Below the pieces are notes generated by a model. That model was not told the DNA's origin and did not search any database. It saw only the letters and a list, made by a program, of their open reading frames with translations. The translations under genes and the position numbers were made by a program. Positions 11,813 through 25,266 of a DNA stretch of 60,000 nt are shown in pieces. Source of the DNA: Botryllus schlosseri. Lineage: Eukaryota. The stretch's first letter is position 1, and every line of letters begins with the position of its first letter. Where the stretch lies: the NCBI GenBank assembly GCA_051294905.1, contig CM119371.1, forward strand, positions 25,918,001 through 25,978,000. Reading direction: 5' to 3'.

Positions 11813-13831
11813 GGGCGGAGATAATAGAGTTAGCTGATCCGGGAGAATGCTATAATCGTGTGATTAAAAACTGCTAATCTGAACGCATTTTGGGCGGATA
11901 TAATAAAGTTAGCTGATCCGCAAGAATGCTAATCGTGTGATTAAATACAGGGCCGTAACAGCAGCCGTCAGCCTCCCCCCAAAACGTTGGTCTTCGGCCC
12001 CCCATGGGGTGATAACCCTAACTTCTGGGGAACCCCCTCAGGCTATACGCTGTTTACGGCTACGTGTTATCATCTGCATTCAGTACCCGTTTAGTGAGTC
12101 AGCTTTTCTCGCCTAAACGCGCGAAGCGCGAGAAATTTCAATAATTCATGACTGAATTGGTCAATATGATCGGGAAATGCATTTATATTGCTATAAATTT
12201 TTACCCTCTCTCTGCTCGCGTAATCTGATTTACCGGTACAGCTGAGGGAGATGTGTTTGAAAAGGTAGACCCGCTCCATAATAATTAAACATCTCCGGGT
12301 GTCTACCAGTTGGCAGGAACGAAACAGCACTTCGTCAGGCCCAAAAAACTTGAGAGTCTTGGGCTCCTACAGGGACCCCCCATCATGTTGTTCGCTTTTG
12401 CCACGAAATTATATAGTCGCCCTATGTCCTGTGATCCAGCGCGAAGCGCGAAAATTTTCGATAATTCATGATAAAATCGGTCAATAAGATCGGGGATTGC
12501 ATATATATTGTTATCAGTTTCTTGTCCACTCTGCTCATCACGTAATCAGATTTACCGGTAGAGCTGAGCGAGGTGTCTTTGAAACTGTAGAGCCCCTAAA
12601 TAAAAATTAAACATCTTCGGTCGGGCGGACCCGTTGGTATGACTTCGTTACATAATGTTATTTCGTGAGCTCCTCCTGTCTGCTATTTCAAAAAACAGAA
12701 TCGCCCAAACGTACTAAACTAAAAGATCACACGATTTCATATTGGTATTTCTTCACTCGCATATAATTCTTCCCTGCGGGATGGTATTCGTCTTGTGAGG
12801 TTCAGATTGCCAAGACAGGAACATTCGGCGCCAGTCATTTAGGCGCCTATGGACAATTAAACCTATATGTATTTTGCATATATAACGAAGTTTTCGGTCA
12901 GCATAAGGGCAGTTCTCTTCGGCCAAGGTTAATTCGCTGCCGATCGCTCTGGCACACTTCTTGGAGTCGCATGTTACTTGGCATTAAACTTTATATGTCT
13001 TGGTGCGTCGTGGCGCGGTTATGGCCAACACCGATATGCACATTTCTATAAATCTTGCGTATTATATCTTGGGGGAAGAGTACCCAATATTCAAGATATT
13101 TGGCAACTTGAAATCGCGCATAGCGCTAAAAAATTTTGAAAAAGTTGCATCAATTTTTCAAAAAATAGTCTATAATTTATGCTAATTCACGAAATAATTT
13201 TGGGCCCCCTTCGAGCTCGCCCCCCCCGCAATTGGGGGATTTAGGGTGCGGCAGTTACGTACCTGATTAAATACTGCAAATCGCGACGCATAAAGTTGCA
13301 AAAGGTTATGCGCGATGGTTAGTCAAGATGTCCCGAGTTTTCAATCAAGTCGCATTATATGTTGCATCATAATCCGAAAACGCGTTGCAGGCTGTCAGTT
13401 GTCAATTTGTTGAATGAAAAAGCAGGCTGCTGATAACGACACTGCCACTTTCATATGTAGAATTATCATCATCGCGAAATAAAAGTCGTGTCCAATTAGT
13501 ACGGTACAAATAAGAAACGGATTATATATTATTGATAGCGCTCTGCAATGGTGCATGGGTACAAACTTCGTTGATTGTTTAGTGAAGCCATTACCTAGGA
13601 GACAATCGGCACGGACATTATCGGAAATATTTGTGCGCAGGAATTGTACGCATTGTACGCAGTTTTGTAGCTAACTTAGTTGTCTATAGTTGGTTCCGCG
13701 GCTTGTTAAATCATGAGATTAACACGAACTTTATACGCGGCGATCAACCGGTTTCCTTAATCCTGTGTTGATAAATCCTGACGAACGCGATAATCGACTT
13801 TATTGCTAATCCAACTTTATTATCTCCGCCC
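11813..13831. mobile_element. PIF/Harbinger-like MITE hosting a nested hAT MITE
   Basis: TIRs gggcggagataat / attatctccgccc flanked by cta / tta. Confidence 0.55.
11948..13265. mobile_element. hAT-like non-autonomous element with an internal ~320-bp direct duplication
   Basis: Ends cagggccgtaac / gttacgtacctg; 8-bp TSD attaaata; 12118-12300 resembles 12439-12620. Confidence 0.75.
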
Positions 13832-13974
13832 TTAATGATAAAATTGTCAGGTTGCCTAAAAAACGCTACACGCCAAATTTGGTTCAATTCCGACCAGTAA
13901 ATGCCGTGCAATCTTAAATTGAAATTTCCACCATTTTCTGAAATATTAGTATTTATGGTGACAAATTTCGACAG

Positions 13975-15085
13975 TTCGGTTGACCAGACATAGTGTTCCA
14001 GGCATGTTTGAAGGGAAAGTGATGCTTATTCGAAGGGTTTCCATCGTGATAAAGGCCTGTGATAGAGCTTAAAGATCATGAAATTACTAGTAAAATGCAC
14101 GTATACGCCATTTTGAACCAACGTTTACTCACCCTTGGCTCAGTTTGGATTGATTCTAATTGTGTACTGATTCCGAATCAGTATTTCCCAAAAGTTCCAA
14201 AAGCATTAGCATCGGTCAGCGGCCCAAAAAAATGCTGCTGATTGCAATTGGGAATAATCCCCAAGCACGCCAATTATATTGACATGTCAGGTACTTCAGA
14301 TCTGATTTTTTGTTCGCTTGGAAACTCACAAGGAAACCAAATACTAACTTACCAAGTTTATGAGCCAATGAGTCATGTGGGTTGTTCAACTATCAGCAAA
14401 AATCTCTTTTTGTAAAAGAGCAGTAAAACGCATTGTCGTGCAAATAGGCTAAGTGAAGACAGGTAAGACATCAAATCTCGAGAATGACATGGAATGGTTC
14501 GGAAGATTTATTGATATGGCGAAAATATGTCATCATTATTATTAACCAAATGGTCACATGACATCCTGTTGTTGGTTTACCTGAATTCGCCGGATATAAA
14601 TTCCATATGATATAGGATAATGCGGATCCACCAAAATTTGAAAAGAATGCCTCATAATTCGTAATTCGCCTTGTAGAGGTATAGGGGAGTCGTGAGAAGC
14701 AAATATCATAACGCATTGTGAAGAAAACTGCCACAACGACGTGATATTGATTTTGTGAATTCTACATTAGCACGACAAAAGATTCTTTCGGGTTTCGATA
14801 ATAATCTGCGAAATTTATTTTGCAATATTTTACCTATGTGTCAGTTCATTTTTTCTTCATGATGCACGAGTTCTGCCAGTCTTATTTTTGCTGATTATAT
14901 CACCATCGTTTTCACGAGGCTATGTCAATCAATGTGTTCGACTCATTTCCAGGAAATCAGTGTCAAATTAATTTATCATTTAATTATTAGCAATTTCACT
15001 GGGCTTTATCAAGATGTAAACCCGTGAAATAAGCATCACTTTCCCTTCAAACATGCCTGGAACACGATATTTGGTCATACCGAAC
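13975..15085. mobile_element. Element with ~85-bp terminal inverted repeats and a decayed interior
   Basis: gtgttccaggcatgtttgaagggaaagtgatgcttatt is inverted at 15028-15065. Confidence 0.6.
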
Positions 15086-15213
15086 AAAGTCGAAATACAA
15101 GCAATTTCTACTAATTAAATACTAGTCCGCCCTCAAGATTACCGGACCACGACCATCGCGCCTTCCGTGACATGCCAGCCCGTCTTTTGTTGCCTGCTGT
15201 TGTCTATCGATAC

Positions 15214-15528
15214 CAGTGGTTCTCAAACGGGGGGGGGGGGGGGGGGGTGGGGGGGCGTGAAAGCATCTATGAACGGGGGCGCGAAAAAAATTTTCGTGCT
15301 AGGGCAATTCACCTCCAATTCACGCATGTTTCTCTCTATATAGACCGAATTTCATATTTCTGAATTCTCTTATCAACCGTCATAACCTTCCATGCCATCA
15401 GACGATATGTTGAGACCGCTATCAGCCCGTTTGGATTTTTGATATGACGATAAGGGGGGGGGGGGGGGGGGCGCGAGATTTTCACTATCAAAAAGGGGGG
15501 CGTGTCTAAAAAAGGTTGAGAACCCCTG
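15214..15528 (+). mobile_element. hAT MITE with poly-G tracts, inserted in a LINE 3' fragment
   Basis: TIR cagtggttctcaa / ttgagaacccctg; TSD atcgatac / atctatac; relatives near 22898-23221 and 31788-32099. Confidence 0.8.
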
Positions 15529-17894
15529 ATCTATACTATCTTCTTTTACTTTTCATTCAGTGTGCTTGCCTCCTCTTTACATCGCCTAGGCCAGGGTTGG
15601 CCAACCTGCGGTCGTACAAGGGAATTTGTGCGGCCGTGGATACATCCAAATTGAATTTACGAATTGACTCCTGAATTTTTGAGAGATTTTAAATATTCTT
15701 GACATTTTCTTTGCGCTGTGCGCGATTCAACGTAACTTCATTTTTCTATTTCAATTTGCTAGCACTTTTGCAATCTCAGCCCCACAGTTCAGATGTGAAG
15801 AGCAGAGTAAAATAATCCGCCCCATACTAAAAATACCAATTTGGAAATCGTGTTTTACTTGCGAAAGAAATTTGTTTCTGGTACGTTTGAGCGATTCCAA
15901 TATATTTCCACTATATACTGACAATATTGATGGGAGGTCAAGAAATAAATAACAGCATGGAGCTAATAAGTGACTAACAACAATTGTCACACCCGAAAAT
16001 CCATTATCATTTATAACTTGCCCTAGATTTTCGAAAACACCTCCTCCACCAGCTCTACCGGTGAGCTGATCACATGGGCCGAGAAAGGATAATACTAATA
16101 TTAATGACGGAATTCATTCGTGAAACTGAAAATCTTTCGCGCTTCGCGCGACCACGGTGGGTCACAGCAATTATTCATAACATAATCACTTACGCTATCG
16201 GCGGGTATGGTAAGCCTATCTGAATAAATAAGTCAGGCCGGAGCTCTCCAGAAATGGACATTTTAACATGGATATTTGGCGTCCATTTAGTATCAGTGCA
16301 TTACGACTATATGCCCCGGAATGCGGTCGTAGGCTACACGATTAATCGAAATGCGTCCGTGAATAGCAAAACGGTTAGCCACTCCTGGCCTAGGCCAAGG
16401 TGGGCGTCTGATTCCAAAGGCTACTCCAAGTCGTTTCGACACCTTCCCATCTTTTCATTGTATCGCAATTTTGTGGTGCATAGATCTGATAAAAATTGCT
16501 AATAAACGGAACTGAAATTTGCCACCGTAAATACAATTATTTCAAATAATGGTCGAAATTTCAATTGCACCTGCACGGCTTTTACTGGTAGGAGTTGACC
16601 CAAATTTGGCGCATAGCGTTTTTAGGCAACCTGACCATTTTATCACTGAAAGCAAGTGAAATTTGGGAAAAAACGGTATTTCAGAACAACCCTAATATAC
16701 ATCGAATATACTGCTCGTGGTTAATTCGTTACGCAATTAGGAGCAGAGTTAATAATCTTGACGTAATATTGAGCAGTCGCGTGTGAAAACCCTACGTTTC
16801 TACGATCAATAACCTGATAAAATAAAGCACTCTTTCTTGTTCACGATTATTCAGTTGTCATTGTAGTCCTCGTACGAGTAAAAAGTAATCGCTCTTTCAC
16901 AAAGAAATCGATTAGACATGCGAAATGATAGATTGCGATAACTTCCGACAATTTTCGAATGAAATCGATAGCTTGAAAACACTTCTATTACTTTTGCATG
17001 TAGTTCAGTGTGCATACCTCTCAGGACATGGTGGATTACTCCCAGTCGATTTGACTCCTTCCTGTCTTGTTTAATCTCGCGGTGCAATGAAGTGATGGAA
17101 TTACAAGTAAATTGATAGGCTGTATACCAGACGTGGCCAGTGAACTGAACATGCAATTTTTATTTCTCTGCGTGCTGAAGCAGTTTTCACATATTTGCAT
17201 TACTTCAAACAGGTATAGGATTTTAGTCTACCCTGTCAGTTTTTAGGCTAAACTCACAATTAAACTTACTTGTAAATCGTTACTTATACTTGCACTTAAT
17301 CAGAAATTTATATGGTCACTCCTACTCATATAAAATACCAACCACTTTGCCCACTTCAACGACAGACCTCCACCGTCCTACATGCTGTAGTCCTTCGTCT
17401 ACCAACACAAAGAAATGCGTAATTTGATAGCAAAATGATATCGATATTTTTTCCACGAATAAAGCATAGTTTTGAAACGAATGCCGCAATTCGCACGCGG
17501 TACTAGCAAGGGAAGCAGCAGCAGACACAAGACTTGTCGAGAAACGCACTTTTGAATAAGGAAATGGATTAAAATATCCTTACAACCTCAGATGCAGAAG
17601 ATTACATTCAATAAAGTGTTAATATGAAGGACGATATGAGCCACAGTACTCTGGGAGAATACAGGTCAGCCAAAAATATGCGACAAACTAAACAGTTATC
17701 ATCATACGAAGAACACAGTAAGGAATGCAAGCAAGCAAATGATGTACAGAAATACCTTACAACAATGTAAAGTGTGTAATCCTATACTAGTCGAGCACCA
17801 CTACGGGAGTGCAGTGATTCCCAAACTGCGTGCATCCACAGACTCTCAGGTGTGCCGCGAATCTTTTTCTACTGCTGGAAAGAGCTTCATGCAT

Positions 17895-18641
17895 CAGTGT
17901 TGGGATCAAGTCACTACCTTCGAGTCACGAGTCATTGCACATTTTGACTCGAGTCAATCGATTTCCGAAGGTGACTCGAGTCAAGTCAAGTCACTCGAAT
18001 TTTGGAGGTGACTCGAGTCAAGTCACAATTCAAGTCAAGTTGCCTTTTCGAGGTATGACGCATGATTAGGACATTGCATTTTGCTAGCTGTCTGAGATAC
18101 AGATTGAGTGGTTATTGATTCTGGGCCTATGAACGAATACAGAGTTGAATATAAACGCAAGAAGGCGCTTTACTGCTCACATATACGTAAAAATGCTAAA
18201 CTACGTAAGTAATTGCATCACCTCGGATTATAGTTAGGCCTACCAGCCAAAATAGAGAAACGAATTGATAAGATGCAATACATTACCCATTTACAAATTG
18301 ATATAATACAATTCCAGCCTGCGCCTGTGGTTGAGGACTATATAACCTTCGTTTACGATCAATTTATTTGTGAGAGAACAATGGAGGCCCAGGAAAACGT
18401 ACGATCATTGAATGATTGGTCGCTCTCATGGGTTACACCACCGTTTCGCGTACAATCCGAACATATGCAAGGTACAATAATTTTTATCGATTTCTTGATG
18501 ACTCGAAATTGACTCGTGAATTTTGCTCCGAGTCACGAGTCAATCCACATTTTTGAGACGCCGAGTCAAGTCATTTTAGCAAAGTGACTCGAGTCAAGTC
18601 AAGTCTTACGAAAAAGGTGACTCGAGTCATCCCAACACTGT
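17895..18641 (+). mobile_element. hAT-type GACTCGAGTC-rich MITE, complete (CAGTGTTGGGA family)
   Basis: TIR cagtgttggga / tcccaacactg; perfect 8-bp TSD tcatgcat; related partial copy at 54980-55730. Confidence 0.88.
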
Positions 18642-19255
18642 CATGCATATTCGACTCAAGGCACCCGGGAAATCGTATGCTTCACAGCGGATAAATCAGA
18701 ACATGTATTCATTACGATGGAATCAATCCCAGCATTGCCTATTAGCAGAGTGATTGTCAACTCATAATTGGGCTGCTATGTGTCGAAGGTTCGTTACGTT
18801 CTTCTTGTGAAGCAACTCGTAAACAAAAATCACTCCACAAAACCTTAGCAATGACTGGATTTCAACTTGCATTACAATATTACTTCACAGCATCTGCTGT
18901 CAGCAACTTTAGGTTGGTAGTTTATCCATTTGGAAGCAATGACTCAAGCATTTTTTTTGCATAAAAACATCTCATTGATGTATACGAAACGACCTGTTTT
19001 ATAAAACGCTACTTCAAAAAAAAATGGATTTGTTACGACTGTCATATTTCAAGTCCTAAATCATGACACGTGCAAAAGTGATCAGAATTTTATTGTCACT
19101 TGCGTCTTCGTGACTGGGTCAACATAGCTTCTCAACTTTGACTGAAATGGAATGATGTGCTCGAGAGAGACGGCTTAGAATGGGCGAAATCTTGGGATGT
19201 CGTACACAATGCAAAATAACCTTGATTCAGACGCATATACATGTTCGTATAAATT

Positions 19256-20024
19256 AGGGCTGCTATGACTAGAGTCAATTTTTGTAATGACTCGACTTGC
19301 AGCCAAGTTATTGTGGACGACTCGAGACTAGGACGGCCGAGACAGACATTTAATTGTAAATTCGAAGAATAGGAAAGTTATCACATTATTGGTATATCAT
19401 AGGCTTACCATATTTTGGAAATCTGAAAAGAGGACACTTTTTCAGAAATTTGAGACTTGCAAAACCGGAGAAGAATTCTCAAAAACCGGTGAATTTTTCC
19501 CCGTTTTAATCGGTTGACTAAAAAAAAAAAAAAGTCATTTTTCGCCCGGAGCTAAAATAACCGTTTTCCACTCCGAAATACCCGCCGGTGCGACAGTTCT
19601 GTGCTAATTTACGGCATATCACTCGCAATTTGTTCTAAATGTGACCTAAATTTTCGAAAAAGAGGACAAAGGGGCGTCCTCCGAGGACACTTTCAAAAAA
19701 GTCAAAAAAGAGGACAAATCCTCTTAAAAGAGGACGTATGGTAACCCTAGTATATCATCTATCAGGCCTGATACTTGAAAGAGGACCAGGAACTTTCAAG
19801 ACTGAGGAAAATTACCATATATTAAGAATGCGAACCATCCTATATCACTCGGGCGGAGTTGAAAAAGTGGTTTCAACTGATCAGTGACCATAATGACTTG
19901 GACTCGACCCTCTACTAGCTGACATGGACTCGGAGTTGACTCGGTGGTGAATTGAAAATGACTCGACTTGACTTGAGTCAAAACTATAAAGCGGGATTGA
20001 CTTGTGACTTGGTTACAACCCTGG
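19256..20024 (-). mobile_element. GACTCGAGTC-rich MITE with a nested insertion
   Basis: Ends gacttggttacaaccctg; body matches the 3094-3580 family. Confidence 0.7.
19400..19749. mobile_element. hAT (Tip100-like) MITE with AAAGAGGAC subterminal repeats
   Basis: Ends taggcttaccata / tatggtaacccta; perfect 8-bp TSD gtatatca. Confidence 0.82.
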
Positions 20025-20365
20025 TATAAATAAGGATAGCCATCGTATCACCACATTATTTTTTAATAAAATCAGCTTTTTCGTAAGTGTGCCGCGAGCA
20101 TTTTATTATTACTCTAGTGTGCTACGAGCCAAATAAGTTCGGGAACCACTGGTAGAAGGGTACTGAAAACATTTGAAGTGTTGAGCATAGAGGCTGGAAG
20201 ACAATATGCAAGCATATCATTATGCTAATGTACAGTGTGTTGTGTGTACTCATCAGTACCCACACCAATGTCGAGGAGTATTGCAGAAACCTTCAACAAT
20301 TGCCTCACAAATAGCAGAGTATTCACCCAGGAAATTACCAAATCAGAATGCTATTGAAGTATTTA

Positions 20366-20529
20366 TTATGATTTCTTCCCTTGTTTGCCATACCCCTTCT
20401 CTATCAGTACTTTCAGCCAGACTTTATAACCGACGTTAGACGTAGCCACAGAGTACACATTACCATAATACTGCTTGTGGGTGTCATTAGTGATGGGTTT
20501 ATCGCATGTGAAAGCCCATTTCTGGGTTA
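20366..20529 (-). pseudogene. Decayed second zinc finger of gene B, now in the 3' UTR
   Basis: Lies behind TAG TAA stops; frameshifting deletion; CDKPITNDTHKQYYGNVYS versus CSQCDKPRTADTHKQYYGNQYC in gene C. Confidence 0.8.
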
Positions 20530-20767
20530 CTATTTCTTGCGATGGGCTAGGCCGGACGTAGCAGGTAGTGGTAAAATTTGTGTTTCGTTGGTACACGATG
20601 TATCAAGCGGTAAAACGAAAAGAAACTGCTGCTGCGTCGCAGGAGCCGACGGCTTTGCAGACTGTCGTTGGAACGACTGTGAGGTTTCCGTTGTCGTCGG
20701 TGAAGACGGCATCGCAACACGTGGTTTCAGAACGCCTGTTTCGCTTCGAGACTTTCGTTTCGCGGAC
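20530..20767 (-). CDS. Gene B exon 3, truncated by a premature stop
   Basis: Acceptor gttgtcag at 20770-20768; in frame with exon 2; homologous to 51151-51604. Confidence 0.75.
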
Positions 20768-20989
20768 CTGACAACGGGAAAAAGTTGAAAATGCCCCTCC
20801 TCGCCACCTGATCCGCGTTGGCGGTGCCTTAAAAAAGCCTAGAAGTGGGGCATGCTACATGTCGGTAAATGGCAGAATCAAAATGAAGAACATAGGCCTG
20901 GAGAAAAATGACTTGGGCTGAGCACAATGATTGGAGTGTAGGCTACTTGATTCTGAATCGAGTATTAATTCTAATGATGGCTCGATCAT

Positions 20990-22110
20990 GACTCGACTCG
21001 AGTCAATTTTGTGTTGAGTCGTACGACTCGAACCAAGTCGTACGACTCGAGAGACAGACATTTCATAACCTCAAAGAATAGCAAAGTAACCACATTATTG
21101 GTATTTCGTGTATCGGCGCCGATACTTGGAAAATAGGGCCAGAAACTGTTGAGACTGGAGAAGATTACTATATTATAAATGCGACCCATTTTATAGCATT
21201 CCAGCAGATTGGAGAAAAGTGAGTTGAACCAGGTTGAACTGAAAACTGAAGATGACTCGGACTCGAGTCGAAACACTACGACTCGGACTAGACCCTCTAC
21301 TAGTTGACTTGGACTCGGACTTGTCTCGATGGCGAATTGAAAATGACTCGACTTGACTCGAGTCGAAACTTTAAAAGAGAGATTGACTTGTGACTCGGAG
21401 CCTTGCGACTTGGTTACAACTCCGAGAGTTATTATTGGATTCAAATCCGAGACCTCAATCCACTGGTAGCCTAACCATCACATACCAAAGTCGAAGTGCG
21501 GGGCAAAACTTTTGAACAACAACAGACTCGCTAATAGCCACAGGTTTGTAACCAAGTCACAAGGCTCCGGGTCACGAGTCAATCTCACTTTTATGGTTTT
21601 GACTAGAGTCAAGTCGAGACCTTTTCAATTCACCACCGAGTAGAGTCCGAGTCCAAGTCAGCGAGCAGAGGGTCGAGTCCCCGGGTCATGGTATTATGAC
21701 TCAAGTCCGAGTTCAAGTCATTGTGTTGACTGCTCAGTTTCCAGTTAAAGTCTTGTTAAACCCACTTTTTATAACTCTGTTTGGTGATATCGAATGGTTC
21801 GCATTTATAATATACTAAATTTCCTCACTTTTAGCAGTTTCTGGTCGTATTTTCAAGGACCAGTATCGATGGACTAAATGCCAATAGTGTGGTTACTTTA
21901 CTATTCTTCGAAACTACAATGAAATGTCGGCCTTGGCCGTCTGAGTCTCGAGTCACATGACTTGGTTCGAGTCATGCGCAATGCCCGGATTGACTCGATC
22001 CGAGTCGAGTCATTTCCGTATTTTGTGTAAATAGGAATTATAAAAATAAGAAAATAATAATTCTCAAGTCGAGTCATCATAAAATCGTGACTCGATTCAT
22101 TACAACCCTG
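20990..22110. mobile_element. Two oppositely oriented GACTCGAGTC-rich MITEs in intron 2 of gene B
   Basis: 20990-21420 (-) and 21541-22110 (+, flanked by ctaatagc repeats). Confidence 0.75.
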
Positions 22111-23520
22111 CTAATAGCGGTACATTCGCTGCAAAATGCAAATAAGGCCCCATGCCCTTCAAAATATTATTCTTTCGTCGATACGTGTCGAACAGACCTG
22201 GGCAAAGTGCGACCCGTGGGCCAAATGCGGCCCGCGAAAGGTTGCTTGGAATTGAAAACATGAAACCTGCTTTTTGAATAACTAAAACCACAGGCTGCAT
22301 CGACTGAACTGGAAATTCATTTAATTTGAAGCCTGTTCATTAACATGTCACGACTATGGTGCCTACATACCTCACATGCTTAATCCTAATTCCAAATAAA
22401 AGCAATGTGGCAAAGTATGAGTAGCAATTAAAGTCTTTCCATATAGTTTAGTTGAAACCTTCTTTGTCGCCATTGTCACATTACGCATTATACGGTATGT
22501 GTTTCAAATTGTTACGTGATACATTTCCCAATCCCTAATTCGTAAAACAAGTCAATCAGTGCTCGCGATAGCTATAGGACTCATCATATCAATCACCCAA
22601 AAAGGATTTATGGGCATGCCGAAAATCGAAAACTGAAATTCACAGAAGGTTTCGACTTTAAAGCACTAAATATTTGTATATAGCAGTCGGGGTAAACCGG
22701 TCCTCTCAGTCTTAATTAGGGGTTTTAATTAATGTTAGTCTTATGACAAAAACATGAAGCAGTCGGTCAAGGGAGGGCCAAGTTCAGAAAAACTGCAGGC
22801 TTCGTTCAACATCAAGCTATTTAAGCTGCACAGTGCACACGGCTCGGAAGGCGGCGACCAAGAAAATAAGCTTTGTACGATTGCATATACATTTCAGTGC
22901 AGTGGTTATCGTTCTGGGGGTGGGGGGAGGGGGCCTGAAAGCATCAGAAGGGGGCGCGAAGCCGAAGTCTAATGAAAAAAAATTTCACGCCTTGCGCGAT
23001 TACCCCCCACCTTACAGTTATTGTTCCATGCATTGTCCGACTTTGATATTTCAAAATGCACTCATCAACAGGCATAAGCTTCCATGCCATCAAACTACTC
23101 GTCGGGATTGCTAGCATTGTGGCTGCGCATTTTAACGTTTGTGATATCATGACAACGGAGAAATTTGAAATTTTTCACTATCATAAAGGGAGGCGTGGCT
23201 AAGAATTTTTGAGAACAACTGTTTTTGAGTCTTAATAGAAAGAATAACGTGGATAGCGGTTTAAAGAGAGTTAAAAATGAATCATGTTCAACACTGTTTC
23301 GAATCCATGACGGCAAATAGATATTTTTTCAATTAACCGTTACTGTCTCATTACCTGAGACGAACACATTCACTGAGCAGCATTTATTTACAATGCAATT
23401 TAGAAATGAGATTAAAATACGCTGGAAAATATAGCTTAACTCTCGGCCAGCCAACGTATTTTCTACTTCTCATTTGGCCCGCGGACGAAAATAATTGCCC
23501 ACCCCTGGTGTGGAACATAC

Positions 23521-23883
23521 CTCTTTTCTTTCAGCAGTTTCAGCCAGACTTCTTGACTGACAGCGGACGTGGCGGCACAGAACCAATGGCCGTAAAACTG
23601 CTTGTGGGTGCCCAACGTCCTGGCCTTGCCGCATTTGCCGCATCGTCTGGTTCTCGGTTTGTGTCCCTCCCGATACCATCGTTTGCGAGAGGGTGGCGTT
23701 GGATCCGGAGATTCCGCCCGTGTTCCATCTGTAGTACTCAGCAGGATCTGCACAAACTCGTCTTTCGGCGCCGGTGGTTGCGTCGCGGGCGTCTGTTCGG
23801 GCGGCGCCATGGTTTCGTCTGGTGTCGGCGGAGGTTGCCTCTCATTCTGGACATCTCTCTCCGTCACAATCTGTTTCTCGCGA
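23521..23883 (-). CDS. Gene B exon 2 (363 nt, phase 2-2), Cx2Cx8Hx8C zinc finger
   Basis: Acceptor ctatttccag at 23886-23884; donor GTATGT at 23520; CGKCGKARTLGTHKQFYGHWFC; frame-compatible with exon 1. Confidence 0.85.
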
Positions 23884-23940
23884 CTGGAAATAGAAATACG
23901 GTAGCTTTCAATACAACATCCACTGTAACAGAATATTTAA

Positions 23941-24874
23941 CCCTTACGAGGTGGGGCCATATTTCGCAGAATTGACCTTCACTTTTCAAATTCTCACCGT
24001 GACCCCACCAGGTCTTGAATCTAGGCCTTTCCAGTTTACAAGTGGGCGGAGTATAGCCCTCTACCGATTCCACCCTTGATCGACACCCCATGACATGTCT
24101 GAGGTTTTTTAACAAGTTTAAATAAACAAGCCTTTCCCCAAAAAAACTCTCTCTCTCTCTCAATTTTCAAGGCTGACCCTCAGGATGGCGTCAGAGAGAA
24201 GAATGTGATGCTTCAGTGCGTAGCCACTGTTGCCTGGTTTCAAACAAGCCGTCAACCATGGTTGTAAACCGCGCGGTTCGTCAGATATCGAAAAATGGAA
24301 AATACATACAAAATTTACAAATGGGCGTGGTCAGTGAGTGGTCATCAAGGTCAAGTTCATGATCAAGACTCAATCGGCCCCTGCAGTCCGGTTTATGGCA
24401 TAAAACAACGCGATATGCTTTCTTTTGTCATATCCAACCATTTGCAGGCATAGTAAACCTGTTTATGACTCTGAATTTGCACTTGAACTTGACCTAGATC
24501 TTGAAAATCATTGAAACGTGACCAAAATTTACAAATCCCCCTCAGAAAACTCTCCAGAAAACGTTTTGATGTTTGAAACGGTGAAAATTTACATAGAAAA
24601 CCGTACATGTCGACTTCTGATGTTCTGGCAGATTTTCAGACAATATTTCCCACTCGGAAAATATCCGGAAGTTTTAGGTGATAACCGTATTTTATTTTAT
24701 TTTTTATTTTTTGTTTATTTTTACAAACCAAAATTTTTGAGTAAAGTACTTAATACATCGGAAAAGTCTCAACTTTTCAAAAAACGTAGTACCCGATGTT
24801 AAGGGCGTGTCAACATGGAGAAATCGGTGTCGGAGACATGCCATATCAAATATGATACGCCCACCTCGTAAGGG
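23941..24874. mobile_element. piggyBac-type MITE
   Basis: TTAA target duplication; TIR cccttacgaggtggg / cccacctcgtaaggg. Confidence 0.88.
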
Positions 24875-25266
24875 TTAATAAACCCAAAGACTTTTCGGGT
24901 GCCTCTTTTCAAGAGTAAACGGCACACTAAAGCAAATGATCGCACGAAGCTCACACGTCAGTGCAAATCGGCTTCCAAAACAGACTGCTCTGACGATTAC
25001 CAGCAATTGGTCAGCATTTGAGTGAAAACCTCGCCAGCGCACAGCACTATGATGACAATATGTTCAGTGTTCACTGTCATTGCGCGTAGTAGGTCTTTGT
25101 TTCATCTAAAAGTGCTGGAGTCTATTATTATTCAGTTGAACAAGCCTACCGGTATTTTACGTAGACAAAAAGATTTCCTCTATAACCTACAAATTTCTCA
25201 TTAGTGCGTGTTGTTTCGTGTGTGTAACTGTTTATTTACGAATTTCGTTGTTACTATAGCACAGTA

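Noticed and set aside
23406..23975. Plus-strand ORFs over the zinc-finger and big exons (also 20381-20788, 51266-51547, 55819-56214)
   Set aside because: Antisense shadows of GC-rich coding exons
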